Source of the DNA: a virus
Strand: one strand, 5' to 3'
IMG/VR virus record: IMGVR_UViG_3300010938_000006
Coordinates: 1 to 64,000 of that record
DNA: 64,000 nucleotides
In this document: in pieces, positions 52,245 through 61,732 of the stretch
How positions within the stretch are numbered: position 1 is the stretch's first letter
How the letters are laid out: each line of letters opens with the position of its first letter
Made by a program: the position numbers and the translations under genes
The notes under the pieces: model-generated
What the model saw: only the letters and a program-made list of their open reading frames with translations
Database searches by the model: none
What the model was told of the DNA's origin: nothing

Positions 52245-52482
52245 GTCTAGGTTCGCTTTGGGTGACTTTGTTGGGTTCAGAGATCCAAATGCACTCAATT
52301 ATCAAATACAGGGCGAAATATTCAAAATTACAGGCATATGGGAATACAATCCTGCATCTAAACTTTATACATATAGAATAGAGCACGTAGCTTTGCGCCA
52401 CCTCTCTTTCATAACAAGTGAGAATAACTTATTAAAAGTAAAGAAGAATCAAGCTAAAATCATACATCTAATATATGGGTAA
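52231..52482 (+). CDS. LLY-tail family small protein
   Basis: FALGDFVGFRD strand. Ends KIIHLIYG. Confidence 0.55.
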   Translation: MARNRSRFALGDFVGFRDPNALNYQIQGEIFKITGIWEYNPASKLYTYRIEHVALRHLSFITSENNLLKVKKNQAKIIHLIYG

Positions 52483-52759
52483 ACGTAGATTTAAAGAAAA
52501 TGATATTGTTTTATTTAAGGCTCCTCCTACAGCTAAACAGGCTGGAATGACCTTAAAACATTCACTTTTATATAAACGTTATGGTCTATTCCAAATTATA
52601 ACCCTTCGAGATAGTGATTGTTTAGTAGTTCCGTATACTTCTGAAATGACTAAAGATTCAAAAGAAAAGATTTTAGGTATATGGATATCTTATAATAAAA
52701 TTAAATACTTAGGCAATCCCCAATCCAACCATCTAGTAGAAATCCTCTACAAAAAGTAA
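52475..52759 (+). CDS. LLY-tail family small protein
   Basis: FKENDIVLFK strand. Ends LVEILYKK. Confidence 0.55.
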   Translation: MGKRRFKENDIVLFKAPPTAKQAGMTLKHSLLYKRYGLFQIITLRDSDCLVVPYTSEMTKDSKEKILGIWISYNKIKYLGNPQSNHLVEILYKK

Positions 52760-52838
52760 AGAAAAACGTAGGTTTAGGGGGTATATTATATATAGAGGCA
52801 CGGCCCTCCTCTAAAAGTTCTCAACAAAAAGGATTTTT

Positions 52839-53153
52839 ATGCACGATGATTACGACGAGGATAGCTTTATAGAAGTCGATAAAGAGGATGTGCATGAGGA
52901 ACATGAATACGAGAGTCTTTTTTATAGAGTTCTAACAGGCTCTGACAATTTTGAAATTGTACCATTACCTAACATCTATGGCGAAAACCTAACTCAGAAA
53001 GAATTGCGACAAATTGAAAGTCAATGCAAAGCTGAAGGTATAGCGTTAGTTTATAGAGTGTCTCATGGTACCAAGGTAGCTACGATATTTAACTCAAAGA
53101 CGATGGTTACAGGGGTAGTTCCCGAAGATAATAATGAAGGGTTTTTTTGTTAG
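52839..53153 (+). CDS. hypothetical acidic protein
   Basis: 104-aa ORF. Confidence 0.5.
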   Translation: MHDDYDEDSFIEVDKEDVHEEHEYESLFYRVLTGSDNFEIVPLPNIYGENLTQKELRQIESQCKAEGIALVYRVSHGTKVATIFNSKTMVTGVVPEDNNEGFFC

Positions 53154-53376
53154 TTGCAGAAATTAAGAAACTAAACACACTAATTAAATTTATAAATATT
53201 TAGATAAAATGGTTTAAGCTTTCTAAATTTGCACGAGTTTCCTGCAGAAACTATATAGCCCATTTTTGAAGGTCGGGACTTCAATGGGATTGTTTCTGTA
53301 CGGTGTCCCGGTAAAACTCTCAACACTTAATGTCCAATTGGCTACACCGCCTCGTGGCCTATTATATGAGAGTATG

Positions 53377-53407
53377 GGGGAGGGTAGACTTTGAATCTAC
53401 TCTCCCC
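53377..53407 (+). terminator. 12-bp stem-loop plus T-rich tail
   Basis: GGGGAGGGTAGA-CTTTGAA-TCTACTCTCCCC (one G-U pair) followed by TTCTAAATTTTT. Confidence 0.55.
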
Positions 53408-53431
53408 TTCTAAATTTTTACGAGGAAAAAT

Positions 53432-53686
53432 ATGTTAGAAAAAGTTACATACACTTGTGGCAAATGTGGTTGGAGTAAATCTCTTACCGCTATGTGGCAA
53501 GATATAAAGCCTAAAAAATGTCCCAGAAGTAAATGTAAAACGAGTTTTGTAAAAGATCCTCAAATACTTCAAATTTCTCTTTCTAAACAAGAAACTCCGG
53601 TTATTGTAGAAGAAACTGAAATGAAAGAGGAAGAAGTTCTTGAAGAAAAAGTTGTCTTCAAAGAATATAAAAAGAAGAATAAATAA
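53432..53686 (+). CDS. zinc-ribbon protein with acidic tail
   Basis: CGKCGW ... CPRSKC. 84 aa. Confidence 0.5.
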   Translation: MLEKVTYTCGKCGWSKSLTAMWQDIKPKKCPRSKCKTSFVKDPQILQISLSKQETPVIVEETEMKEEEVLEEKVVFKEYKKKNK

Positions 53687-53688
53687 AT

Positions 53689-54282
53689 ATGGGTGACGAG
53701 CAAAATAAAAATAATGATGAAAAATTTGCTCACCTTTCTGATGAACAGAAAGAAAAGGCTGAAAAGTCTATTGCTAAGTTAAATAGTGTCAGGGCTCTCA
53801 AAAAAATTAGTAATGAGGGTTCTAAGTGGACATTGCTACAAGAAATCTTTCAAGAAATTGTAGCAACTCACACAATAAGTAATCCTGATAAATTACCTCC
53901 AGTTAAGCAGATGGTACAGGAATTACGTAATGAAATTAGTATTCGATACCAAGATGAGGAAGAATTAAAAACCCTTCTTTTAGAAGGTATTCCTACTGAC
54001 GCTTCTGTAAGAAAATGGTTACAAAAAGATGGTTGGAATGATGCTGTTTGGACTAAGGTTCGATTAAATGGTCTTTTCACAAAAGAGAAGAGGGCCCAAA
54101 TGATTGATTCTTTATGGAAACGGGGCATGGAAAAATCAGACACAGCCGCCAAGATTTGGCTCACTATTTCTGGAGACTATGCTGAAAGTGCTCCTGAGGC
54201 CAACAATAAAACCGCAGACATGTACAGAGAGATTAATAAGATACTCCATGGACAAAATGGCGGTTCAGAAAACAAAGGCTAA
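53689..54282 (+). CDS. putative terminase small subunit
   Basis: 197-aa helical protein directly upstream of, and coupled to, terL. Assigned by position only. Confidence 0.4.
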   Translation: MGDEQNKNNDEKFAHLSDEQKEKAEKSIAKLNSVRALKKISNEGSKWTLLQEIFQEIVATHTISNPDKLPPVKQMVQELRNEISIRYQDEEELKTLLLEGIPTDASVRKWLQKDGWNDAVWTKVRLNGLFTKEKRAQMIDSLWKRGMEKSDTAAKIWLTISGDYAESAPEANNKTADMYREINKILHGQNGGSENKG

Positions 54283-54286
54283 GTAG

Positions 54287-55906
54287 ATGATTCCTGATAC
54301 AATAAAGGAACATAATACTGAAGGTAGGCCACTACGAATACATGAACTTGATATTGAAGCGCTTGCTAAGTGGTTACACGATAATAAAATACGTACCACG
54401 CAAGGTAAGCTAATACAACCTTTGCATGAAGGACATATTGAAGTAATTACAGATCCAGCAAGATTTAAAGTTTTAGCGTGTGGAAGACGTTGGGGTAAAA
54501 CACTTTTAACATCTTTAATGGCATTAGCAGTACTAATGCAAATGAATAGACGTGTTTGGATTGTTGCTCCAGATTATAGTCTATGCGAAAAAGTATTTAG
54601 AGAATTATATAATATTCTGGTAAACCAGTTGAAAATTATTCAACCTGGAAAACCAGGAGGCGGTAGAGCCCGCAATCAAAAAGGCGATTATTATTTGGAA
54701 ACGCCGTGGGGCTCTGTTCTAGAAGCTAAATCAATGGAAAGTCCAGATTCACTTGCGGGTGAAGCGAACGACTTAGTTATTGTTGATGAAGCTGCACTAG
54801 ACTCAAAACTAGAAGATATTTGGGTACAGATGTTGCAGCCTACCTTGATGGATAAGCAGGGCAGTGCAATTTTTATTTCTACCCCTCGTGGAAAAAATTC
54901 TTTTTACAAATTATTTCTTTTCGGAAACTACGGTCGTCGTCAAAGAGATGGTAAATTATCTATTACTATAGACGAAGAGACTGGAGTTTCTAATGACATG
55001 CAAGAGTGGAGTTCTTTTCAAAGAACTAGTTATGATAATCCCCTACTTGCAACAACTCCTGAAAAATCTAAGGAAGAAATTGACTCAGCGTACCGAAGGG
55101 CAATCCTTTCAGGTAAGCTTCAAAAATTCAAACAAGAATACCTAGCTGATTTTGAATCAATCCCCGATACTTGTTTTCCTGGATTTAGAGTAGAAGAAAC
55201 AGAAAAGAAGAAATTTCCTCATGTTATTGATTATAACTGGCATCCATTATCTGGACCAGTGTTTGCTGCTTGCGATCATAACTATGCAAAACCAGCTTCA
55301 ACTATTTTTGCACAGATGAATATAAATGGAGATATTGTAATCTTTGATGAAAAGTTTACTAAAAATACCACCTCATATATGCAAGCGCAACAGATTCTTG
55401 ATAAAGAAAAAGAATTAAATAAAACTGCTATGCAGATTTATCAAGCAGAATGTGTTGAAAGCAAATTTAGAAATCACATTAAGTTTAAAAGTATTGTTGC
55501 AGATATTAGCGGCGATCAACTTCAACTTAATGGTAGAACAGCGTGGGATGATTTTGAATCAGTTTTGGGAAGAAGACCAGTTGGACTAAGACAAGATAGA
55601 GAAACTGGATGTAATATAATTAGATTGTGGTTAGAATATCCACAATTTGATCAAAAAGGTAGTCCAGTATTTGATTCTAATAAAGATCAAGTCACTTTCC
55701 CTAAAATATTCATCACAAGAAATTGTGTAAATCTTATTTATGCTTTAAGTACCGCTACGTTTAAGAAAACAAAAGGCGGAGCATTAAAAGAAGATTATGA
55801 TGAAACTCCAGAAGGTTATGAAGGGCTAATTGATGCTCTCAGATACTTAATGGTTTATTTGTTTCATGATAAAGGAACTCATTTTACGGTTATGAAGGGA
55901 TTCTAA
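54287..55906 (+). CDS. terL: terminase large subunit
   Basis: Walker A ACGRRWGKT, Walker B LVIVDEAA, C-terminal nuclease-size domain. Confidence 0.85.
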   Translation: MIPDTIKEHNTEGRPLRIHELDIEALAKWLHDNKIRTTQGKLIQPLHEGHIEVITDPARFKVLACGRRWGKTLLTSLMALAVLMQMNRRVWIVAPDYSLCEKVFRELYNILVNQLKIIQPGKPGGGRARNQKGDYYLETPWGSVLEAKSMESPDSLAGEANDLVIVDEAALDSKLEDIWVQMLQPTLMDKQGSAIFISTPRGKNSFYKLFLFGNYGRRQRDGKLSITIDEETGVSNDMQEWSSFQRTSYDNPLLATTPEKSKEEIDSAYRRAILSGKLQKFKQEYLADFESIPDTCFPGFRVEETEKKKFPHVIDYNWHPLSGPVFAACDHNYAKPASTIFAQMNINGDIVIFDEKFTKNTTSYMQAQQILDKEKELNKTAMQIYQAECVESKFRNHIKFKSIVADISGDQLQLNGRTAWDDFESVLGRRPVGLRQDRETGCNIIRLWLEYPQFDQKGSPVFDSNKDQVTFPKIFITRNCVNLIYALSTATFKKTKGGALKEDYDETPEGYEGLIDALRYLMVYLFHDKGTHFTVMKGF

Positions 55907-56218
55907 ATGGCATACGATAAAACGCAATCTAGAGTACCTAGAAGGGCTATGTTAGCCGGTGATAAACATATGACCACAGAGCTAAGTGCCAGCGTCACTG
56001 TACAAGTCATTCAACTAACTATGGTAGCGCAAAAAGTAACTTGGCAATCTACAGGAACTTTAGCGGGCAATGTTGAATTTTCTTCTAACGGCACAGATTT
56101 TTACACTTCTACGGCATTTACAGCGAATGTTGCAGGTTCATATAATACCCATAATGTTGTTGCAGTTCGAGTCACTAGAACGGGTGGAATTGGAAAGCTC
56201 GCTGTATTGGCGGTCTAA
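55907..56218 (+). CDS. hypothetical protein
   Basis: 103-aa ORF abutting the terL stop. Confidence 0.5.
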   Translation: MAYDKTQSRVPRRAMLAGDKHMTTELSASVTVQVIQLTMVAQKVTWQSTGTLAGNVEFSSNGTDFYTSTAFTANVAGSYNTHNVVAVRVTRTGGIGKLAVLAV

Positions 56219-56445
56219 TGAAACAATATTTTAACAGATATAATCATAAATTTGTATTAGATGCTGAGCAATTAAAACCTACTGCTAGAACTATAGAAGT
56301 AATGAATGGACTTTATACAGCCATTTATGAAGAGTTTTCTGGAGCAGTATATAATCGCAAATATAAAGATATGTCTGTACAGCAAAGAATAGATAAAGTA
56401 AATGAATTTGCTGAAAATTGGTTAAAGCTTAGAGGTTTAGAATAA
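56218..56445 (+). CDS. hypothetical protein
   Basis: 75-aa ORF with an ATGA-type overlap. Confidence 0.5.
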   Translation: MKQYFNRYNHKFVLDAEQLKPTARTIEVMNGLYTAIYEEFSGAVYNRKYKDMSVQQRIDKVNEFAENWLKLRGLE

Positions 56446-56714
56446 TGAAAACTACAATTAAAACTGGGAAAGCCAGTGATAAGCAATCCAAAAAAGTTCA
56501 AGGTGACTCTGCTAGATTTGCTGCACTTTCAGATATGAATATGCAACAGGCGCCTGCAATCGCTCCTCGTGGACTTGGTTCTTCTTATGCTCACGCTGTT
56601 GGAAACATCATGCATCAAGCTAAAGAAGTTAAGGGTAGTAAAAACGGATTTTTAGGGCAAGAGAAAAAAACTCTAGACCCTAAAGAACATGCGCATAGTT
56701 TACTTAAAAAGTAA
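56445..56714 (+). CDS. hypothetical protein
   Basis: 89-aa ORF. Confidence 0.5.
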   Translation: MKTTIKTGKASDKQSKKVQGDSARFAALSDMNMQQAPAIAPRGLGSSYAHAVGNIMHQAKEVKGSKNGFLGQEKKTLDPKEHAHSLLKK

Positions 56715-56784
56715 ATTTATTGCTAAAGGCAAGAAATAGTCAACCAAAAGTTGAACGTTTCAACCTTAATATTAAGGAGTAACA

Positions 56785-56985
56785 ATGGCTAAATTAGGAA
56801 AAACGAACGCTGGTGCGGTGCCTGAATCAGTCCCGCATCTTAAGTCTCGTGGTATGAAGAATCCTATGCCTGCCTCTCTTCCCCTAAACTCTTCAGGTAA
56901 ACCTGAGTGGAGCATGGGAAATGATGGTCCTGGTAAGAAGGCTTCACCTCCGGCTTCTGGTAAGAAAGCTCCGGGCGAGATGTAA
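56785..56985 (+). CDS. hypothetical small basic protein
   Basis: SD TAAGGAGTAACA then ATG. 66 aa. Followed by a terminator. Confidence 0.55.
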   Translation: MAKLGKTNAGAVPESVPHLKSRGMKNPMPASLPLNSSGKPEWSMGNDGPGKKASPPASGKKAPGEM

Positions 56986-56991
56986 AATTTA

Positions 56992-57025
56992 GGGAGAGGG
57001 AGTAATATCTCTCTCCTTATTTTTC
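56992..57025 (+). terminator. GA/CT inverted repeat plus T-run
   Basis: GGGAGAGGGAGTAATATCTCTCTCC followed by TTATTTTT. Confidence 0.5.
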
Positions 57026-57079
57026 AACTTAAAATTCACTGACAGAGGTTAGTGACTTTTTCCTTTGAGAGGAAAATGC

Positions 57080-58921
57080 ATGTCATTTAATTTAGGAATT
57101 AGTAGTCATCCTACAAATCGTCTAGGCGGAATGAGTTCTGTCGGTGTATATTTGTATGAAGATGTTTACTATAGACAATGGATTACTGAAATAGCTCTTG
57201 CATTTTATGAAGGGCGACAAGATGAATTCGTTTGGTTAGATCTAGTCAAGCAATTCAGAAATCCTGAAAAGCAACAGATTCTCCCTATTAACTTAACTAA
57301 AGAAATAGTTGATGAAACCTCTATTTTATATAGAGAAGATCCGATTTATCAAGTCGTTGATGAAAACGGGAAACATTTACCTGAAGACCAGAAACTCTGG
57401 GAACAAATTCAGGAAGATTGCCGTTATAAAATGACTATGGATAAACTGGATAGATGGGTAAAGCTTTTAGGTACTGTGCTAGTTAAGGTTAGTTTCGTTG
57501 ATCCAAAAACTGGACAATTAGTAAAGAAAACTGAGGGCGGCCAAGTTCAATTAGATATACTTCATGGTGGAGTATATGATATTCGATATGGCGCATCGCC
57601 CTATTATATCACCGAACTAATGATAGGTTTCGGTACAAAGTTTGGAGGATTCAGCAGAAACCCTATTGGTGGTGGTTTAGCTGGAACACTCCCAAGCGCT
57701 GGAGATTTAGGCGCTGCATCCGTTAGTGCAAAACAAAAAATTAGCAATCCAGAACATTTAGCTTCAGTAGATCGTATTTATTGGAGCGCAAATGACCATA
57801 AGATAATTGACAAAAACGACAATGAATATATCGTTAAAAATCCTTATGGTATTATTCCTGCGGTTCCTTTTTTCAATCAAGATCCAGCTCATTACTTTTT
57901 TCTACCGATTAATGAGCCCCTTATTTATGCAAACCATGCGATAAATATGAGAATCACGGATCTTAACCATATCGCTAAGTTCCAATCATTTGGAGTGCCG
58001 GTAGTAAGTGGCGTTGAAAGACCTACTTCTACTCGTCAAGGTCGTCCTGTTGATGATTTTAATATCCTTAAAAGCGGAATGGCTCAATCTAAATTTGGTG
58101 GTTTAGTCGGATTTGGTGGACTAGGTGCTGGCGGAGTTTATAGAAATTTCGATGTAGGATTTGGTACTTTTCGTGATGGAAATGCTGATGCTAATGCTCT
58201 TGGAGTGTCTATTGGCCCTGATACTGCAATAGCGGTTGGTGAAAAGGGAGACTTTAAGTTTGCCCATCCATCAGCGGATATTAAGGGACTAATTGCTGTG
58301 ATTGAATCTGTCACTGACATGATTCGTATTAATCATGGTTTACGTCCTAAGTACAAAGATACTTTACCAAGTTCAGGCTTCGCTCTTTTAATGGAAAAGA
58401 TTGGTGTGATTGAAGAAAATCGTCGCCGAGCTAAACTATTTAAAGAAAGAGAACAACAATTATTCCAGGTTATTAAAACACTTTGGAATACTCACAATTC
58501 AAAAAGTGGGCAAAAAAAGTTCTCAGAAAAAGCTACTTTACGAGTAAGTTACGTCCAACCTGAGTTTCCTGTTGATCCTAAGACCAACATTGAAACTATT
58601 ATGATGGAAAATAAATTACTTGAACAAGGTTATAAAGATGCTTATCGCAAGCTTTATCCTCACTTAGATGATTCAGAAATCAATAAGCGAATTAAAACTC
58701 GTAGAAAAGAAAAACTCGATCAAACTGTTGAAGACGCCAAAATTATAGCCGCTGGCGCTAAAGAGTTTGAAAGTGCTGGTTTAGATGCCGCTTTATATTT
58801 CGGTGGAAAACCACAGAAAGAAAAAGAAGACGGAGTGACTAAACCTAAAATAGACAATAAAACTAAACACTCCGAGGATAGTTCTAAGCAGGGGGATAAG
58901 AACTCTGATCCTCGTAAATAA
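57080..58921 (+). CDS. putative portal protein
   Basis: 613 aa, start ATG 57080 after an AGAGGAAAA SD. Lies between the terminase block and the scaffold/capsid genes. Confidence 0.6.
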   Translation: MSFNLGISSHPTNRLGGMSSVGVYLYEDVYYRQWITEIALAFYEGRQDEFVWLDLVKQFRNPEKQQILPINLTKEIVDETSILYREDPIYQVVDENGKHLPEDQKLWEQIQEDCRYKMTMDKLDRWVKLLGTVLVKVSFVDPKTGQLVKKTEGGQVQLDILHGGVYDIRYGASPYYITELMIGFGTKFGGFSRNPIGGGLAGTLPSAGDLGAASVSAKQKISNPEHLASVDRIYWSANDHKIIDKNDNEYIVKNPYGIIPAVPFFNQDPAHYFFLPINEPLIYANHAINMRITDLNHIAKFQSFGVPVVSGVERPTSTRQGRPVDDFNILKSGMAQSKFGGLVGFGGLGAGGVYRNFDVGFGTFRDGNADANALGVSIGPDTAIAVGEKGDFKFAHPSADIKGLIAVIESVTDMIRINHGLRPKYKDTLPSSGFALLMEKIGVIEENRRRAKLFKEREQQLFQVIKTLWNTHNSKSGQKKFSEKATLRVSYVQPEFPVDPKTNIETIMMENKLLEQGYKDAYRKLYPHLDDSEINKRIKTRRKEKLDQTVEDAKIIAAGAKEFESAGLDAALYFGGKPQKEKEDGVTKPKIDNKTKHSEDSSKQGDKNSDPRK

Positions 58922-58932
58922 AAGAGGAATAC

Positions 58933-59301
58933 ATGAATAATGTACAAAAACCTCAAGCCCCTAAGTTGTCATATATGGTCTTAATTCAAAAAAAGAATCA
59001 AGATCACTTAGTGGCAATTGAGACTGAAAACTATGACGAAGCCTTCGAGCGCTGGATGCAGTTAACTGACAGTTGGAAAGTTTCTATTAAGGAACAAGTA
59101 CCTTTCACATTAGCTACACCAATAGTCACAGCTTTCGATCCAGGTTTAATACTAGAAATTAACATAGTACCAGTACCTGTACAAACCAAAGAAGTTAATA
59201 ATAATCCCTATCGACGTGATATGCTAGATAGAGGTTTAACAGAAACATTAAATAATTACACTAGAGGAACCGAAATGCTTGATTCAGGGCTTAAACGTTA
59301 A
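58933..59301 (+). CDS. hypothetical protein (head module)
   Basis: 122-aa ORF. Confidence 0.5.
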   Translation: MNNVQKPQAPKLSYMVLIQKKNQDHLVAIETENYDEAFERWMQLTDSWKVSIKEQVPFTLATPIVTAFDPGLILEINIVPVPVQTKEVNNNPYRRDMLDRGLTETLNNYTRGTEMLDSGLKR

Positions 59302-59348
59302 GTCCTGTTATTGATCCATAATCTAGAAGAGCTAGTTAAGGAGAACAA

Positions 59349-60308
59349 ATGTCCGATCTATTAAATAAATTAGGAAATAAAGAATCTTCAGCAAAAGGAA
59401 CTGGAAGTCCAGGGCCAAACCAAAGTACTGAAGGTAAGTCGACTACTCAATCTGCTCCAGTGCAAACTGGCGGCGGATTAGAACTAGGAACTGACCTTAT
59501 AAAGAACGTTGGTAATAGTAAGCCAGAAGCTGCTGCCACGGCTAAGGCCGAAAGTGCTGGAGAAAAAGAAACACCCGTCGCTACGAAGAGTGAGTCTGAG
59601 GGCGAGAATGTAGTTAAAGATCCTGATAGCTGGACAAAAGACAGCGCATTGAAAGAAATCAAGCGCCTTAGGGAAGAAAATAAAATCTACAGACTCAAAC
59701 ACGAAGAAAAAATTGGTATTTTAAGGACAGAGATGGAAGCTCGCCTCCGACAAAAAGAGGAAGAAGTGAAATCTGCTGAAGCTTATAAACAAGAACTCGA
59801 AGAATTGAAAGCTAAAGAAGCTGACAAAAAGCGAGATCTTAATGAGAAATTAGCTCATAGGGAAGCATTACTTGCTGAACTAAAAGCTAAGGAAGAAGCT
59901 ACAGCAAAAATTCACAGAGAAGAAATTGAAAGTCTTAAAAAGAAGATCAATGCTTACGAAGCTGATTACGAAGCTCAACAAGCTGTTTATAAGCAGCGCC
60001 TTAATTCTGAATTGGAAGTAATTCCAGAGAAGTTTAAAGAAATTGCTGAGTATATCGTAAAAGGTGCGGGAGATCCTCGTGAAGCTGTGGTTGCTTTAAA
60101 TGAAGCAAAATTAAAGGGAGTTTTTGAGGATAAGACTGTTGTAGTAAACCATAGTGTTCCTGGTGCCAAAGACGGTGCTCGTAGCACAAATGAACGACTA
60201 CAAGAAGTTGCCAAAGAGGAACGCTCAAAACTTACCCCGCAACAAAAAATTGCAATGGGCCTCAAGAGCATTCGCTCTGGAGAACCCAATACAATGTTTA
60301 GAAAATAA
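59349..60308 (+). CDS. putative scaffolding protein
   Basis: K/E/A-rich coiled coil directly upstream of the capsid gene. SD TAAGGAGAAC. Confidence 0.55.
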   Translation: MSDLLNKLGNKESSAKGTGSPGPNQSTEGKSTTQSAPVQTGGGLELGTDLIKNVGNSKPEAAATAKAESAGEKETPVATKSESEGENVVKDPDSWTKDSALKEIKRLREENKIYRLKHEEKIGILRTEMEARLRQKEEEVKSAEAYKQELEELKAKEADKKRDLNEKLAHREALLAELKAKEEATAKIHREEIESLKKKINAYEADYEAQQAVYKQRLNSELEVIPEKFKEIAEYIVKGAGDPREAVVALNEAKLKGVFEDKTVVVNHSVPGAKDGARSTNERLQEVAKEERSKLTPQQKIAMGLKSIRSGEPNTMFRK

Positions 60309-60326
60309 TTAAGGAGAGTTACATAA

Positions 60327-61649
60327 ATGGCTCAGGTAATTTCATTAGCTGATGCGGCAGTACTTTCTAATAATATCCTTGTTGAAGGTATTATTGCTGA
60401 CATCATTAGCGTTGACGAATGGTTTCGTTATCTACCGTTCGTCGTATTTGAAGGTCTTTCATATACCTTCAGTCGTGAAAACGCAATTGGTTCTGCGGAC
60501 TTCGCTTCTCCTGGAACGAACTTAAACCAGTCTAAATATCAGGCTGGTGCGACGTTTGTTCCGGTGAATGTGAATCTCGCTGCGATCATCGCTGACATCA
60601 TCCTAGATGGTCAAATCGAAGATCAATTTAGCGAATCCAATGACCAACTTCAGGTTCAAATTTCATCAAAAGCGAAGAACATTGCTCGTATTTATATGAA
60701 TGCGATTGTCAATGCTCGCCGCCTTTCTGCTCTATCAACGAGCAACAACGGCCCCGTCGGAATTGCTGACCGTTTTAACGGTATGGCGTCTATTCTTGAT
60801 GCGGAACAAGGCAATGCGGCTGATGTGAACCACCCGTTCTATAACAACGGCGCTTCTACTCAGAGCCTTGCTCTAGTTGAAGATGATCCTTCTAGCGCCC
60901 GTGTCGGTCGTCCTGGCCGTGTTTACACGCTTGAAGATCTTGACGATCTAATAGACCGTGTTACTGGTGCGAAGCCGGATTTCCTCATGATGCACTCACG
61001 AGATATCCGAACGCTACGAGTTCTACTCCGCAATACTGGCGGTGGAACGGATGCGCAAGCGATCCAACAGCAAGGTCTTGGCAATGCTAAGCCCATGCTT
61101 TATTATCAAGATATTCCTGTGTTCCGTAATGACTTTATCAGTCGTTATGAGCCGGTGAACGTCTCTTCAGGTCTAACTATTTCCTCAGTTACCGATGCGG
61201 ATACTGTAGTTCTTTCAGGTTCTACGTCTGCCCTCGCTACTCAGCTTCTACTTCGTGGAAGTGATGGCGTGATGTATCGTTATCCGATTGTTTCTGGTGC
61301 GGGAACTGCTACGATTGATGTTATGAACTCTGGTTCGTTCTTCGATCCTGAGCAAAATAAGCTCGTTGCTCGTCAACCCCTAAATACGTCAGGTCTATTC
61401 CCGGTGTCTTCAGTGGCTGTTGCGGCTGAGCGTTTAGATGGCTCTGCGATTTATTGCGGATGCTGGGGCGAATATAAAGGCGTGGTCGGCTTCACGTCAG
61501 CGAATAACGCTGGTCTAAAGCTTGAATACGTCGGTCCTCGTGAAGATGAGAATGCGTATCAATATCGCCTTAAATGGTATTGCGGATTCGATCTTTATAA
61601 TCGTCTAAATCTTGCTCGCATGAAAGACGTATTACCGCTAGGTGCATAA
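60327..61649 (+). CDS. putative major capsid protein
   Basis: 440 aa, SD TAAGGAGAG. Markedly GC-richer, CGT/GGT/GCT-biased codons. Followed by a perfect 10-bp terminator. Position after the scaffold gene. Confidence 0.65.
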   Translation: MAQVISLADAAVLSNNILVEGIIADIISVDEWFRYLPFVVFEGLSYTFSRENAIGSADFASPGTNLNQSKYQAGATFVPVNVNLAAIIADIILDGQIEDQFSESNDQLQVQISSKAKNIARIYMNAIVNARRLSALSTSNNGPVGIADRFNGMASILDAEQGNAADVNHPFYNNGASTQSLALVEDDPSSARVGRPGRVYTLEDLDDLIDRVTGAKPDFLMMHSRDIRTLRVLLRNTGGGTDAQAIQQQGLGNAKPMLYYQDIPVFRNDFISRYEPVNVSSGLTISSVTDADTVVLSGSTSALATQLLLRGSDGVMYRYPIVSGAGTATIDVMNSGSFFDPEQNKLVARQPLNTSGLFPVSSVAVAAERLDGSAIYCGCWGEYKGVVGFTSANNAGLKLEYVGPREDENAYQYRLKWYCGFDLYNRLNLARMKDVLPLGA

Positions 61650-61670
61650 TCTAGTAAGGTAAAAGATATG

Positions 61671-61698
61671 GTAGGGAGAGAATTACTCTCTCCCTACT
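61671..61698 (+). terminator. rho-independent terminator after the capsid gene
   Basis: GTAGGGAGAG-AATTA-CTCTCCCTAC followed by TTT. Confidence 0.7.
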
Positions 61699-61732
61699 TT
61701 CCTTCCAATTAGGTGAGCCGAAAGGATACACA

